Shown: positions 9,528 to 19,238 of the stretch, piece by piece | Position numbering within the stretch: position 1 is the stretch's first letter | Layout: every line of letters starts with the position of its first letter | Source: Flavobacteriales bacterium | GTDB lineage: Bacteria; Bacteroidota; Bacteroidia; Flavobacteriales; UJ101 | Reading direction: 5' to 3' | NCBI GenBank assembly: GCA_047971445.1 | Contig: JBKDZS010000097.1 | Coordinates: 1-62,074 of the forward strand | DNA: 62,074 nt | The notes under the pieces: model-generated | What the model was told of the DNA's origin: nothing | Databases searched by the model: none | What the model saw: only the letters and a program-made list of their open reading frames with translations | Program-made: the position numbers and the translations under genes

Positions 9528-12500
9528 TACTCCTGCATTGCATTTTGTACTAATAATAAAGTACGCATTTGTTGATAAACTGAGTCTTTTGCTAATTCCT
9601 TCTCTGTTTTATAATGCTCTTTAAATTCCATAACTTCTTCATATGGATAGGCTAACATCATAAATTGGGTCACTTTTCCTCTAGAAGAAAGTTGTTGAAT
9701 CACTTGCTGAGAATCTTCTTGAAATTTTTTAGCACCCTTATAATTTTCCTTAATAGCATTCATAATATCAGAAGGAATACTATCATCACTCACACCTTGC
9801 TTCTTTAAGTTTTCATACATTTCCTGAGCTTCAAAGAAAGCCTCATAGGCAGGCATTAATTCATCCATAGATTGTAAATAATTTCCAAATCCTTCTTTTA
9901 AAAAAGTACGCGCGTAATCATCAATTTTAATTTCTATGTCTTGAATAATGGAGGTTATTTTATTTTGAATCGTTTCTATTTCCTGATTATTTAATTGAAG
10001 CTTTTCTTTAAGTCCCTTAATTGAAATGCTATCACTGTGCAATTTAACCGCTTCCAACTTACGACTTTCCATTAATAGTGTAGCCAACAAAGTAGATGTT
10101 TCAGCTCCATTTCTACGTGCATCATAAGAAACTGTAGACAATTGATTGGAATTTAAACTAAGGTAATAATCATAATTGCGTAACAAATCATTTTTGAAAA
10201 GCGCTATTAAATCGAATGCTTTTTGATAGGCTCCTGCATCTAAGTAGCCTTCCATGATAAAGGAGGTTAAAAAACTTTCGTAATATTCATATGGAATATT
10301 TTTCATTAAAGTATCTAAAACTGCTATAGCTTCTTTACTACGCCCTTCTTTAATCAGCTGATCAGCCAACCGTGTAGCAGTATTTCTGAATGTAATGAGG
10401 TTTCTCGTACGAGAAGTATTATCAAAATAAGCTTCACGATCACTTAGATTCCCCCATTTAAAATTATTGTAAATAGATAAAAGTTTGTTCGTATCAATCA
10501 TTCCATAATCTCCTCGAGATCCTTTTTTTGTTTTAACAGGAACTAACTGGTAAACAAAACCGTTGTATTCTAAATAATCTTGTAAGAAGAATACACTTTG
10601 TGCTTCAGAAGTTCCTCCGCCTCCAAAATAAATTCCACGGTCCCAATCATTAGTTGCTAAAATATCCAACATCATAATATCGTTTTTCATCAAACTAGAC
10701 GCTCCGATAAACTCTTCACTAACTTCATACGAAACAGGTAAACTCAGTGCAATAGAATCTACAATTTGATCAGCATATCTTTGAGAAACAATACCATTTT
10801 TCAATACCTTTTGTTTATCAACCGGAATAATAATTTTAGGTGTAGGCAAAACTGCTATCTTTTTTAAATCTAACTTTTTAAAATCATTTCGAATACGTGA
10901 AAAATATTTCATACGACTCTGAACGTCACCCAACTGTTGCATAGCTTGTGCTGCACGATCACTCCCCTCAGCAATAGCTCCTTTCATTCCAGTTTCTAAC
11001 TGATTATAAAAAGCTACAACATCATTCATTTTTTGTAGCTCACTCTCCTTTAAGTTTTTCAAATATTGGTCATACTTTCCTGTTTTTTGATCACGTATAA
11101 ACTCAATGGCCTCTTTAGCAGTTAGAGACTTTATCGTAGGATCATCAAAAACAATGAGTTCGTCATTCATTTCACGACCATAATCCTCCAAAGGAAGTAT
11201 AGAAGGAACTGCTTCAGCATCCAGTGTTTTTCGCTTAGCCTGTTGAGCATGCCAATCGGAAGCCAACAATAAATGGTTAATAATTTTTAGATCACGTCGG
11301 TATCCTTGAACTTCTTGTAGAGACCATAATGGGTACGTATCATTGTCTCCATATACAACTAAAATACTGTTCTCTTTACAAGCATTAAAATAATTATTAG
11401 CCTCTGCAAAAGCTGTATAACGTTTCGACCGATCATGATCATCCCAATTTTGAAACCCCATTAAAACAGGGGCAATAGCAATAATTGCTGTAGCACCAAT
11501 AGCAACAGAAACACTTTGTTTTTTCTTACTAAATTCAAATAAAGCTAATACAGATAGTCCAATCCACACAGCAAAAATATAAAACGACCCAACTAAAGCA
11601 TAATCCCTTTCTCGTGGTTCAAAAACTTTATTATTAGTGTATAATAAAATTCCTATCCCTGTTAATAAGAAGATGGTAAGAATTGCATAAAAACGCTTTG
11701 GATCAGTATTTACATGAAATAGCAAACCTATTACACCAAAAATTAAAGGTAAAAAATAATATTGATTATTCGCTTTGTTATTTTTTAAATCACGAGGTAA
11801 TTTGTTTTGATCACCTAGTAATATCGTATCAATAAAACCAATACCACTTTTCCAGTTTCCTTTACTAATTTTCCCTTCACTTGGAATATCATTTTGACGT
11901 CCAGCAAAATTCCAAAGGAAATACCGTAAGTACATATGTCCGAATTGATAGTTCATAAAAAAAGCTATTTCATCTAACAAACTAGGCATTTCTCCTGGAG
12001 GCATTTGTTTTCCAAGAAAATCTTCATAATGTTCTTTTGATGAAGGTGCATACATTCGAGGAAAAAATTTGTTGTATTCTGACTTAAATTTATATTCTTT
12101 TTTACGTCCTATTTCTTTATATATCCCTGCTTTTTCATCTTTTTCATAGATGGCACCTTTATCCACTTGACCTTCTAATCCCTGTTGAATGTAATCATAT
12201 GCAGCATAACTTGGCCCATACAATACTGGCCAATTTCCATATTGTTCTCGATTGAAGTAATCCAACATTCCAATAGCATCTGAAGGGTCGTTTAAATTAA
12301 TCGGAGGATTAGCACTTGCCCGAATGGGAATTACCAACCAACATGAGAAACCAATTAACATAAACGTTAAAGATAAAATAGCTGTATTTAAATAATATTT
12401 TCCTTTTTTGTAGGTAACATATAGCCCTCCTACAACGGAACCAATTAATAAAACCATAGCAATAAAAGTCCCTGAGTTAAAAGGAAGCCCAAAAGTATTC

Positions 12501-13264
12501 ACTACAAATATCTCCATCATTCCAAAAAACTTCATAGTATAGGGAAAGATCACTTTAAAAATAACCCCAAAAATAATGGCAATGATGATGTTTGCTATAA
12601 TAAAGCGAAAGAAGGTTATGCTATTTTTAAACCTTTTAAAATAATAAATCAGTCCAATTGCAGGAATAACCAATAGTACTAATAAGTGAACACCTATTCC
12701 TAAACCTGTTACAAAAGATATCAAAATTAACCAGCGATCTGCAAATAAAGAATGATCATTTTCCCATTTCAGAACAAGCCAAAACAAAAGTGCTGTAAAT
12801 AAAGAGCCCATGGCGTAAACCTCTCCTTCAACAGCTGAAAACCAAAAAGAATCAGAGAAAGCATAAGCTAAAGACCCTGTAATTCCGCTACCCAAAATGG
12901 CTATACTTTGGGCTTTAGTGATTGGATCTTGAGAAAGAGATAGCACTATTTTTCTAGCCAAATGTGTAATCGTCCAAAATAAAAATAAAATCGTTAAAGC
13001 ACTAGAAAGTGCTGACATCAAATTGATAATCATAGGAAGCTTCGCTTGATCACCAAAAGAAAATACAGAAAGTGCTGCACCTATTATTTGAAATAAAGCA
13101 GCTCCTGGTGAATGTGCAATTTCTAAATTACACGCAACGGCAATATATTCTCCACAATCCCAATAGCTAGCATTAGGCTCAATTGTTAAAGCATAAACTA
13201 CAAAGGTTACAGCAAACAAAATCCAACCTATCATATTGTTGTAAAAATGGTCTTTAGAAGTCAT
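9527..13264 (-). CDS. DUF2723 / TMEM260-like GT-C membrane glycosyltransferase
   Basis: WDCGEYIA, HSPGA, FWFSAVEGEVY, REQYG, EPRERDY, GDNDTYPLW. Confidence 0.85.
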   Translation of the reverse strand: MTSKDHFYNNMIGWILFAVTFVVYALTIEPNASYWDCGEYIAVACNLEIAHSPGAALFQIIGAALSVFSFGDQAKLPMIINLMSALSSALTILFLFWTITHLARKIVLSLSQDPITKAQSIAILGSGITGSLAYAFSDSFWFSAVEGEVYAMGSLFTALLFWLVLKWENDHSLFADRWLILISFVTGLGIGVHLLVLLVIPAIGLIYYFKRFKNSITFFRFIIANIIIAIIFGVIFKVIFPYTMKFFGMMEIFVVNTFGLPFNSGTFIAMVLLIGSVVGGLYVTYKKGKYYLNTAILSLTFMLIGFSCWLVIPIRASANPPINLNDPSDAIGMLDYFNREQYGNWPVLYGPSYAAYDYIQQGLEGQVDKGAIYEKDEKAGIYKEIGRKKEYKFKSEYNKFFPRMYAPSSKEHYEDFLGKQMPPGEMPSLLDEIAFFMNYQFGHMYLRYFLWNFAGRQNDIPSEGKISKGNWKSGIGFIDTILLGDQNKLPRDLKNNKANNQYYFLPLIFGVIGLLFHVNTDPKRFYAILTIFLLTGIGILLYTNNKVFEPRERDYALVGSFYIFAVWIGLSVLALFEFSKKKQSVSVAIGATAIIAIAPVLMGFQNWDDHDRSKRYTAFAEANNYFNACKENSILVVYGDNDTYPLWSLQEVQGYRRDLKIINHLLLASDWHAQQAKRKTLDAEAVPSILPLEDYGREMNDELIVFDDPTIKSLTAKEAIEFIRDQKTGKYDQYLKNLKESELQKMNDVVAFYNQLETGMKGAIAEGSDRAAQAMQQLGDVQSRMKYFSRIRNDFKKLDLKKIAVLPTPKIIIPVDKQKVLKNGIVSQRYADQIVDSIALSLPVSYEVSEEFIGASSLMKNDIMMLDILATNDWDRGIYFGGGGTSEAQSVFFLQDYLEYNGFVYQLVPVKTKKGSRGDYGMIDTNKLLSIYNNFKWGNLSDREAYFDNTSRTRNLITFRNTATRLADQLIKEGRSKEAIAVLDTLMKNIPYEYYESFLTSFIMEGYLDAGAYQKAFDLIALFKNDLLRNYDYYLSLNSNQLSTVSYDARRNGAETSTLLATLLMESRKLEAVKLHSDSISIKGLKEKLQLNNQEIETIQNKITSIIQDIEIKIDDYARTFLKEGFGNYLQSMDELMPAYEAFFEAQEMYENLKKQGVSDDSIPSDIMNAIKENYKGAKKFQEDSQQVIQQLSSRGKVTQFMMLAYPYEEVMEFKEHYKTEKELAKDSVYQQMRTLLLVQNAMQE

Positions 13265-13350
13265 ATATTTTCATTTTCAAATTAGTGCGAATTTAAAATT
13301 TTTATTTGAAATTGTCTCTTAAAAAAAAACGAAACTTTTTCATTTTTTTA

Positions 13351-13381
13351 TTTGAAGAATAAGGCTTTTCGACTATATTTG
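13351..13381 (+). promoter_or_regulatory. Promoter of tRNA-Gln/Gln/Met cluster
   Basis: TTTG (13351) - 19 nt - TATATTTG (13374-13381), the Bacteroidota -33/-7 consensus. Confidence 0.8.
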
Positions 13382-13412
13382 CATCCGCCAAGATGACGTT
13401 GGATAAAGAGCT

Positions 13413-13483
13413 AGACTCATGGTGTAATGGTAGCACATCGGTTTTTGGTGCCGCTTGTCGGGGTTCGAATCCCTGTGAGTCTA
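13413..13483 (+). tRNA. tRNA-Gln(TTG)
   Basis: Cloverleaf: acceptor AGACTCA/TGAGTCT, anticodon loop TT-TTG-GT, TTCGAAT T-loop; CCA not encoded. Confidence 0.92.
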
Positions 13484-13510
13484 CAATTTGAATACGTTAT
13501 GAATTTTACT

Positions 13511-13581
13511 AGACCCATGGTGTAATGGTAGCACATCGGTTTTTGGTGCCGCTTGTCGGGGTTCGAATCCCTGTGGGTCTA
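13511..13581 (+). tRNA. tRNA-Gln(TTG)
   Basis: Second copy, acceptor AGACCCA/TGGGTCT. Confidence 0.92.
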
Positions 13582-13599
13582 CAATTATAAAATTATAAT

Positions 13600-13673
13600 G
13601 GCGAGGTAGCTCAGCTGGTTAGAGCACTGGATTCATAACCCAGAGGTCGGCGGTTCAAGTCCGCTCCTCGCTA
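13600..13673 (+). tRNA. tRNA-Met(CAT), probably elongator
   Basis: GGCGAGG/CCTCGCT acceptor, CTGGA-TTCATAA-CCCAG anticodon arm; no initiator C1:A72 mismatch. Confidence 0.88.
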
Positions 13674-13682
13674 CTTAAAAAT

Positions 13683-13721
13683 CCTTGAGACCTTTTCTTG
13701 TAATGGTTTCAAGGTTTTTTT
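13683..13721 (+). terminator. Terminator after tRNA cluster
   Basis: CCTTGAGACC...GGTTTCAAGG plus T run. Confidence 0.75.
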
Positions 13722-13909
13722 ATTTATTCTCATGTCATATTTGTGTTATCCCAAAAATGACTAAATTTCCTTACACTGGAAAAGTTATACGCTTTTAAAT
13801 AATTTATTAACCTAAAGAAACACTTATTTTACAATATTTTCATTTAAGCTCATGTATATTACTTATAATTACTAATTTTGATTTACCTAAAATATTCATC
13901 TTTCATAAA

Positions 13910-15187
13910 ATGATTTCCGACTTACAAAAACGTGATTTAAAACATCTTTGGCATCCTATTACTCAACATCAATTAACAGATAATCATCTTGTTATAAAAA
14001 AAGCACAAGGTGTTTTCCTTTATGATGAAAGTAATAAAAGATATATTGACGGGTTTTCTTCTTGGTATACTTGTATGTACGGACATTGTAATGAAACAAT
14101 TATTCGAAAAGCAAGTGAAAGCTTACAGCAATTCAGTCATATTCCTTTTGTAGGTTTAACACATGAACCTGCTATTGAACTTTCGGAAGCATTAATTAAA
14201 ATTTTACCTCAAAATCAACAAAAAATCTTTTTTTCTGATAATGGTTCCACTGCAGTTGATCTAGCTATAAAAATGGCTCTACAATTTTTTCATAATCAAA
14301 AAATATCCAGAACACAAATCATTGCTTTTGAAGGAGCTTTTCATGGTGATACTTTTGGGGCAATGTCAGTTTCTAACTCCCCTATTTATCATAAAGCATT
14401 TCACAATTTTTTCATCGATGTTATTCATATTCCAATCCCTAATGAAAATAATTTTCAAGAAATAAAAAACCAATTTTCTGATTTAATTTCTCAACAAAAT
14501 GTAGCTTGTTTTATTTACGAACCTTTAATTCAAGGTGCAAACTGTATGAACATGTATGATGCATGTTTTTTGGATGAACTTATTCAAATTGCACAACAAT
14601 ACGATACATTATGTATTGCTGATGAAGTCATGACTGGTTTTGGAAAAACAGGAAAAAACTTTGCTTCAGCTTATTTAAAAACCAATCCTGACATCATTTG
14701 TTTAGCAAAATCTCTAACTACAGGCATAACCCCTATGGCTATAACCACCTGTTCTAAAAAAGTTTACGAATCCTTTTTAGACAACAAGATTACTAAGGGA
14801 TTAATGCACGCACACACCTATTCAGCCAGTCCATTAGGCTGTACTGTTGCTAAAGCAGGAATCGATTTATTAATTTCCGATGAAATACAATATAATATTT
14901 CACACATCTCTCAAAGGCATCAACTTTTCTTACAAGAACTTAACGATCATCCTAAAGTAAAAAATGCACGAAGCTTAGGGGTTATCCTAGCTTTTGAACT
15001 CGACATTCAAACAAAACGATATGGAAAAAAAAGAAATGAATTATACCATTTCTTTATGAAACAAGGTGTTTTTTTACGACCACTGGGAAATACTATTTAT
15101 CTACTTCCTCCCTTTATCATTTCAGATGACCAATTAGATCAAATTTACGATTCTATTAAACTATTACTAACAAAACATGATCTTTAA
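13910..15187 (+). CDS. bioA: 7,8-diaminopelargonic acid aminotransferase BioA
   Basis: WHP.TQ, FSDNGS.AV..A.KMA, FHGDT.GAMS, ADEVMTGFG, LRPLGN, class III PLP Lys (CLAKS). Confidence 0.9.
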   Translation: MISDLQKRDLKHLWHPITQHQLTDNHLVIKKAQGVFLYDESNKRYIDGFSSWYTCMYGHCNETIIRKASESLQQFSHIPFVGLTHEPAIELSEALIKILPQNQQKIFFSDNGSTAVDLAIKMALQFFHNQKISRTQIIAFEGAFHGDTFGAMSVSNSPIYHKAFHNFFIDVIHIPIPNENNFQEIKNQFSDLISQQNVACFIYEPLIQGANCMNMYDACFLDELIQIAQQYDTLCIADEVMTGFGKTGKNFASAYLKTNPDIICLAKSLTTGITPMAITTCSKKVYESFLDNKITKGLMHAHTYSASPLGCTVAKAGIDLLISDEIQYNISHISQRHQLFLQELNDHPKVKNARSLGVILAFELDIQTKRYGKKRNELYHFFMKQGVFLRPLGNTIYLLPPFIISDDQLDQIYDSIKLLLTKHDL

Positions 15188-15224
15188 ATTCTGAATTTAG
15201 TTTAATCATTGTTATCTTTGCTCC

Positions 15225-16058
15225 ATGGATTATAACTATATTGAATACACCTTTACGGTTGCTCCCTTACAACCTACTACAGAAATCCTTATTGCAGAAT
15301 TATCCTTGATAAAATTTGATAGTTTTTCTGAAACTAAAACTGGTCTACAAGCCTATATTTTAGCTGAAAATGAAGATAAAGACGCGCTGGAAAATTTACA
15401 AATTATCCAAAATAAAGATTTTTTGATTTCCTATACGCGTAATGTAATTGATCCCATAAACTGGAATGAAGAATGGGAAAAAAACTTTGATCCAATTGAA
15501 GTAGCTGATCAATGTTATGTTCGAGCAACTTTTCATAAACCAAAACCGATGTATCCCTACGAAATTGTAATTAATCCTAAAATGTCATTCGGAACAGGGC
15601 ACCATGAAACCACTTATATGATGCTCCAACAAATACTACATCATAACATGAAAAAAAAACATGTTTTAGATATGGGGTGTGGAACAGCTATTTTAGCTAT
15701 GCTTTCCAAAATGAAAGGTGCTGATTTTGTTAAAGGAATTGATATTGATAAATGGGCTATTGAAAATGCTATTGAGAATATAAAGCGTAATAAGTTGGAT
15801 ATTTCCTTAACTCAAGGGACTGCTACTTTACTAAAGCCTGAAACTTTTGATGTTATTCTTGCAAATATAAACCGTAACATTTTACTACAAGATGCTACTC
15901 ATTATATAGACGCTCTAACTACAGATGGTGTTTTATTCTTAAGTGGATTTTATTTAGAAGATCTACCTATCGTTTGTGAGTGTTTTGAAAAAAATGGTGT
16001 GAATTTTGTATCTTATAAAGAAAAAAACAACTGGGTTTCGGCTCACTTTAAAAAATAG
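15225..16058 (+). CDS. prmA: Ribosomal protein L11 methyltransferase PrmA
   Basis: NWNEEW, PKMSFGTGHHETT, LDMGCGT, LANI. Confidence 0.95.
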   Translation: MDYNYIEYTFTVAPLQPTTEILIAELSLIKFDSFSETKTGLQAYILAENEDKDALENLQIIQNKDFLISYTRNVIDPINWNEEWEKNFDPIEVADQCYVRATFHKPKPMYPYEIVINPKMSFGTGHHETTYMMLQQILHHNMKKKHVLDMGCGTAILAMLSKMKGADFVKGIDIDKWAIENAIENIKRNKLDISLTQGTATLLKPETFDVILANINRNILLQDATHYIDALTTDGVLFLSGFYLEDLPIVCECFEKNGVNFVSYKEKNNWVSAHFKK

Positions 16059-16061
16059 CTT

Positions 16062-16331
16062 ATGAACACGCAAGAAAAAGAAGAAGCTCAATTACTCGAA
16101 CAAAACTCACAATCCTATAAGATTGTGTTACACAACGACGATTTTAATACGTTTGATTTTGTAATTGAATCTCTAATAGAGATTTGTGAACATAGTGCTA
16201 TTCAAGCTCAGCAATGCACCATGCTAATTCATTACAGAGGCAAATGCGAAGTTAAAACAGGTGATTTAGATGATTTAAAGCTACGCTGTTCAGAACTCTT
16301 AAAGAGAGGATTAAGTGCTGAACTGGTTTAG
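16062..16331 (+). CDS. clpS: Clp protease adaptor ClpS
   Basis: LHNDDFNTFDFV, QAQQC..LIH..GKC. Confidence 0.92.
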   Translation: MNTQEKEEAQLLEQNSQSYKIVLHNDDFNTFDFVIESLIEICEHSAIQAQQCTMLIHYRGKCEVKTGDLDDLKLRCSELLKRGLSAELV

Positions 16332-16369
16332 CAATCATGTATTGTGATAAAAATAAAACAATTTATTTT

Positions 16370-16699
16370 ATGAAAAATATGATTTTAACAACTACCAATA
16401 CCTTACAAGGAAAAAACATTTCCGATTACAAAGGAATTGTATCAGGAGAAACCATTATTGGAGCTAATGCTATCAAAGATTTTTTTGCTTCTGTAACTGA
16501 TTTTTTTGGAGGCCGTAGTTCATCCTATGAAAAAGTTTTAATCGAAGCCAAAGAAATTGCCATCGAAGAACTGAAAGAAAAAGCACAGAAATTAGGTGCT
16601 AATGCAATTATTGGAATTGATTTTGATTATGAAACTATTGGAGAAAGAGGAAGTATGATGATGGTTACAGCAACAGGTACCGCCATAACTATTGAATAA
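16370..16699 (+). CDS. YbjQ/UPF0145 family protein
   Basis: MILTTT, GIVSGE, GGRS.SYE, GANAIIGID.DYE, ATGTA; start 16370 or 16379. Confidence 0.9.
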   Translation: MKNMILTTTNTLQGKNISDYKGIVSGETIIGANAIKDFFASVTDFFGGRSSSYEKVLIEAKEIAIEELKEKAQKLGANAIIGIDFDYETIGERGSMMMVTATGTAITIE

Positions 16700-16712
16700 A
16701 ACATATAAGAAG

Positions 16713-16904
16713 ATGACAAAAAAATTAACCAGAGACCCAAACGGTATGATTGGGGGTGTTTGTAAAGGCATTGCTCATTACTTTGAATTCGATCCTTCCT
16801 TAGTACGATTGATTTATATTCTCATTTCTATATTTAGTGCTGCTTTTCCTGGCATATTAACCTATATTATTCTTTGGATTGTAATTCCTAAAAAAATCGT
16901 ATAG
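16713..16904 (+). CDS. PspC domain membrane protein
   Basis: MIGGVC.GIA.YF..DP.LVR, YIILWIVIP. Confidence 0.88.
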   Translation: MTKKLTRDPNGMIGGVCKGIAHYFEFDPSLVRLIYILISIFSAAFPGILTYIILWIVIPKKIV

Positions 16905-16917
16905 CAATCTTATTTTA

Positions 16918-16954
16918 TAAAAAATACCCTACAGACTTTTCAGGGTATTTTTTT
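16918..16954. terminator. Bidirectional intrinsic terminator
   Basis: AAAATACCCT...AGGGTATTTT with A/T tracts between convergent genes. Confidence 0.8.
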
Positions 16955-16969
16955 ACATTTTTTCTATTT

Positions 16970-18571
16970 TTAATTGCTTACTTCAAAATCTTGACTCTCT
17001 CCTAGTTTTACAGATTGCACATTAATAGCCATATTAGCTTGACCTGTTGGACTCCCTACTACAAATGCTACAATTTCTAATTTAGTATAATCTTTTACAT
17101 TTGAAGGAACTTGAATGTCAAAAGACCTTGTATAAACACTCCCTTTTGTTCTATAACTTACTGGAATGTCATCTCCTACCATAGAAGTTAATGAACTTCT
17201 TAATACATCATGATGTTTAAAATTAGAAATTACTTCTCCTCCTCCATAATAACTCGTATAATTAACCTGATCATAAATCAAATCATCCTCCACAAGATAT
17301 ACTACTAAACCAAACTTTCCAAAATCTTTAAACTGATTATTGTAAGCGTCTTTGGCCTCTCCTATTCCCACTTTTACTTTGAAAGACACTCTATTCCCTG
17401 ACAAAGATGTATCCAAAATAGCTAATCCTAAATTATTTTGATCTCCCGTAAATTCTAAAACTTCATTTAAGTAGCTTGGCTGAGGGGAACTCCAATATTT
17501 ACCTCTATCTAACACCCCTGTAGGATAGGAACTAGGTGCATAAGGATAAGCGCTCTTATCATAGGTTAACGGGTCATAAAAACTACCTGATGGACTTGAA
17601 CTTTGAGTACCGTGTATAGCTACAGAAATTACCTTATTAGAATTTAACTTAACTTGCTCAATAGCATAGGAAACTCGGGGGCACCATCCACACCATGTTC
17701 CCGTAAAATCTTCTATTAAAGCATTTTTCACAAAAGTCGCTAACTCTGATGTCACTGTAATGGTATTACTCGTAAGTCCTTCATATAGAGCATATACTTC
17801 ATAACTTCCTGGTTCAGTAGGCTTATAGGTATTTCCTATAATTTTTACTCCATTAACATAAAAAGTACACATTGTTGTAATGTCTTTATTCTCATCAGAC
17901 TGTATCGTAAACACAAATTCTTGATCTGTTCCCATCTTAATAGAAGTATTTGCTGCTGAAAGTGTTATACTTCTCATCGAATTATTTTGAACAGTCACTA
18001 TAAACGTTTCACTTATATAATTCTCATATATTGCGTATACCTCATAATTCCCCTCAACTGTTGGCTTATAGGTATTTCCTGTAATTTTCTCTCCATTAAC
18101 ATAAAAAATACTAGATGACGTTACATCTAAATCTAAATCTGTTTTCACTGTGAAAGTGAAATACTTTTCCGAATCAATACTAACACTTTTCGAATCAGAA
18201 GTAATAAAAATCTCATTCAGTACAGTTCCTTTTACTTCAACATTCACAATATTACTCTTGACCCCCTTATATTTTGCTTCTACTTTATAAAAACCTAGCC
18301 TTTCGGGATAAAAACTTCCTTTTTCTGCAATGGCTTCTCCATTTATATAAAAAGTACTTGCCGATGTTACATCTTCACCTAAATTTGTTACAACTTTAAA
18401 TTGAAAAAACTCTTTTTCATCTAAATCAATAACTTCTAAATCTGAAGTCAATAAAATAGACTCTACGACTTCTTCAGTTAATGAATTATCATCTTCTCCC
18501 CCACTGCAAGAATATAATTCTAATGCAATAAAAGCTATAACGAACAAGTATAAAAATATGTTTTTCATCAT
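16970..18571 (-). CDS. Omp28-related outer-membrane lipoprotein with three Ig-like repeats and a thioredoxin-like CxxC
   Basis: Lipobox LYSC; LIEDFTGTWCGWCP; VAIH; LVED; HHDVLR; IVAFV. Confidence 0.82.
   Translation of the reverse strand: MMKNIFLYLFVIAFIALELYSCSGGEDDNSLTEEVVESILLTSDLEVIDLDEKEFFQFKVVTNLGEDVTSASTFYINGEAIAEKGSFYPERLGFYKVEAKYKGVKSNIVNVEVKGTVLNEIFITSDSKSVSIDSEKYFTFTVKTDLDLDVTSSSIFYVNGEKITGNTYKPTVEGNYEVYAIYENYISETFIVTVQNNSMRSITLSAANTSIKMGTDQEFVFTIQSDENKDITTMCTFYVNGVKIIGNTYKPTEPGSYEVYALYEGLTSNTITVTSELATFVKNALIEDFTGTWCGWCPRVSYAIEQVKLNSNKVISVAIHGTQSSSPSGSFYDPLTYDKSAYPYAPSSYPTGVLDRGKYWSSPQPSYLNEVLEFTGDQNNLGLAILDTSLSGNRVSFKVKVGIGEAKDAYNNQFKDFGKFGLVVYLVEDDLIYDQVNYTSYYGGGEVISNFKHHDVLRSSLTSMVGDDIPVSYRTKGSVYTRSFDIQVPSNVKDYTKLEIVAFVVGSPTGQANMAINVQSVKLGESQDFEVSN
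17750..18463 (-). repeat. Three ~80-aa tandem domains (FY(I/V)NG...G.Y.V.A.Y)
   Basis: Units 2 and 3 share GGCTTATAGGTATTTCCT at 17820 and 18063 (243-nt period). Confidence 0.8.
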
Positions 18572-18739
18572 ATAAACTATTTTTCTGAAATTTTATCAAA
18601 TATACGACTTTTTAAATAAGTTAACTTTTTATTTGCAAAACATTAACATATTTGTTAGATTTAAAAAATATTTTATCCATTAAGATTTATTTCTTAACTA
18701 ACTACTTATATTATACTTAATTTTAAAAATTTTATAATA

Positions 18740-19225
18740 ATGATTAAAAAAATCACCGTTATTCTATTCATACATATGTCTTGTTTGGCTTTTTCACAAA
18801 CGGAACTTCCTTCTATTTCTCTCAAAAATTTAGATGGAGAAAACGTAAGTATTAATTCACTTAGCAGTGATGACCACCCTATTGTCTTAAATTTTTGGGC
18901 AACATGGTGCATGCCTTGTATTAAGGAGTTAAGTACTATTAATGATGTATATGGCGATTGGCAAGATGAGACTAATGTTGAACTCATCGCTATATCAATC
19001 GATGATTCTAGAACCTTAAAACGAGTAAAACCTATGGTCAATGGAAAATCATGGGAATACGAAATTTTATTAGATAAAAATCAAGAATTAAAGAGAGCTT
19101 TTAATGTAATCACCGTTCCTCATACATTTGTCATTTATAAAAATAAAATCGTTTATAATCACTCAGGTTATACACCTGGAACAGAAGAAGAATTGTATGA
19201 TATAATTAAAAAATATGCTCAATAA
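18740..19225 (+). CDS. TlpA/ResA-like thiol-disulfide oxidoreductase
   Basis: Sec signal; NFWATWCMPC; TVPHT cis-Pro loop. Confidence 0.92.
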   Translation: MIKKITVILFIHMSCLAFSQTELPSISLKNLDGENVSINSLSSDDHPIVLNFWATWCMPCIKELSTINDVYGDWQDETNVELIAISIDDSRTLKRVKPMVNGKSWEYEILLDKNQELKRAFNVITVPHTFVIYKNKIVYNHSGYTPGTEEELYDIIKKYAQ

Positions 19226-19238
19226 GTAATAACCTCAT

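Noticed and set aside
13413..13581. Near-perfect 71-nt direct repeat, possible CRISPR or att site
   Set aside because: Both copies are complete tRNA-Gln genes; no cas or integrase genes
13757..13798. 13-codon ORF MTKFPYTGKVIRF and an imperfect hairpin upstream of bioA
   Set aside because: Expected by chance in AT-rich DNA; no attenuator or operator logic evident
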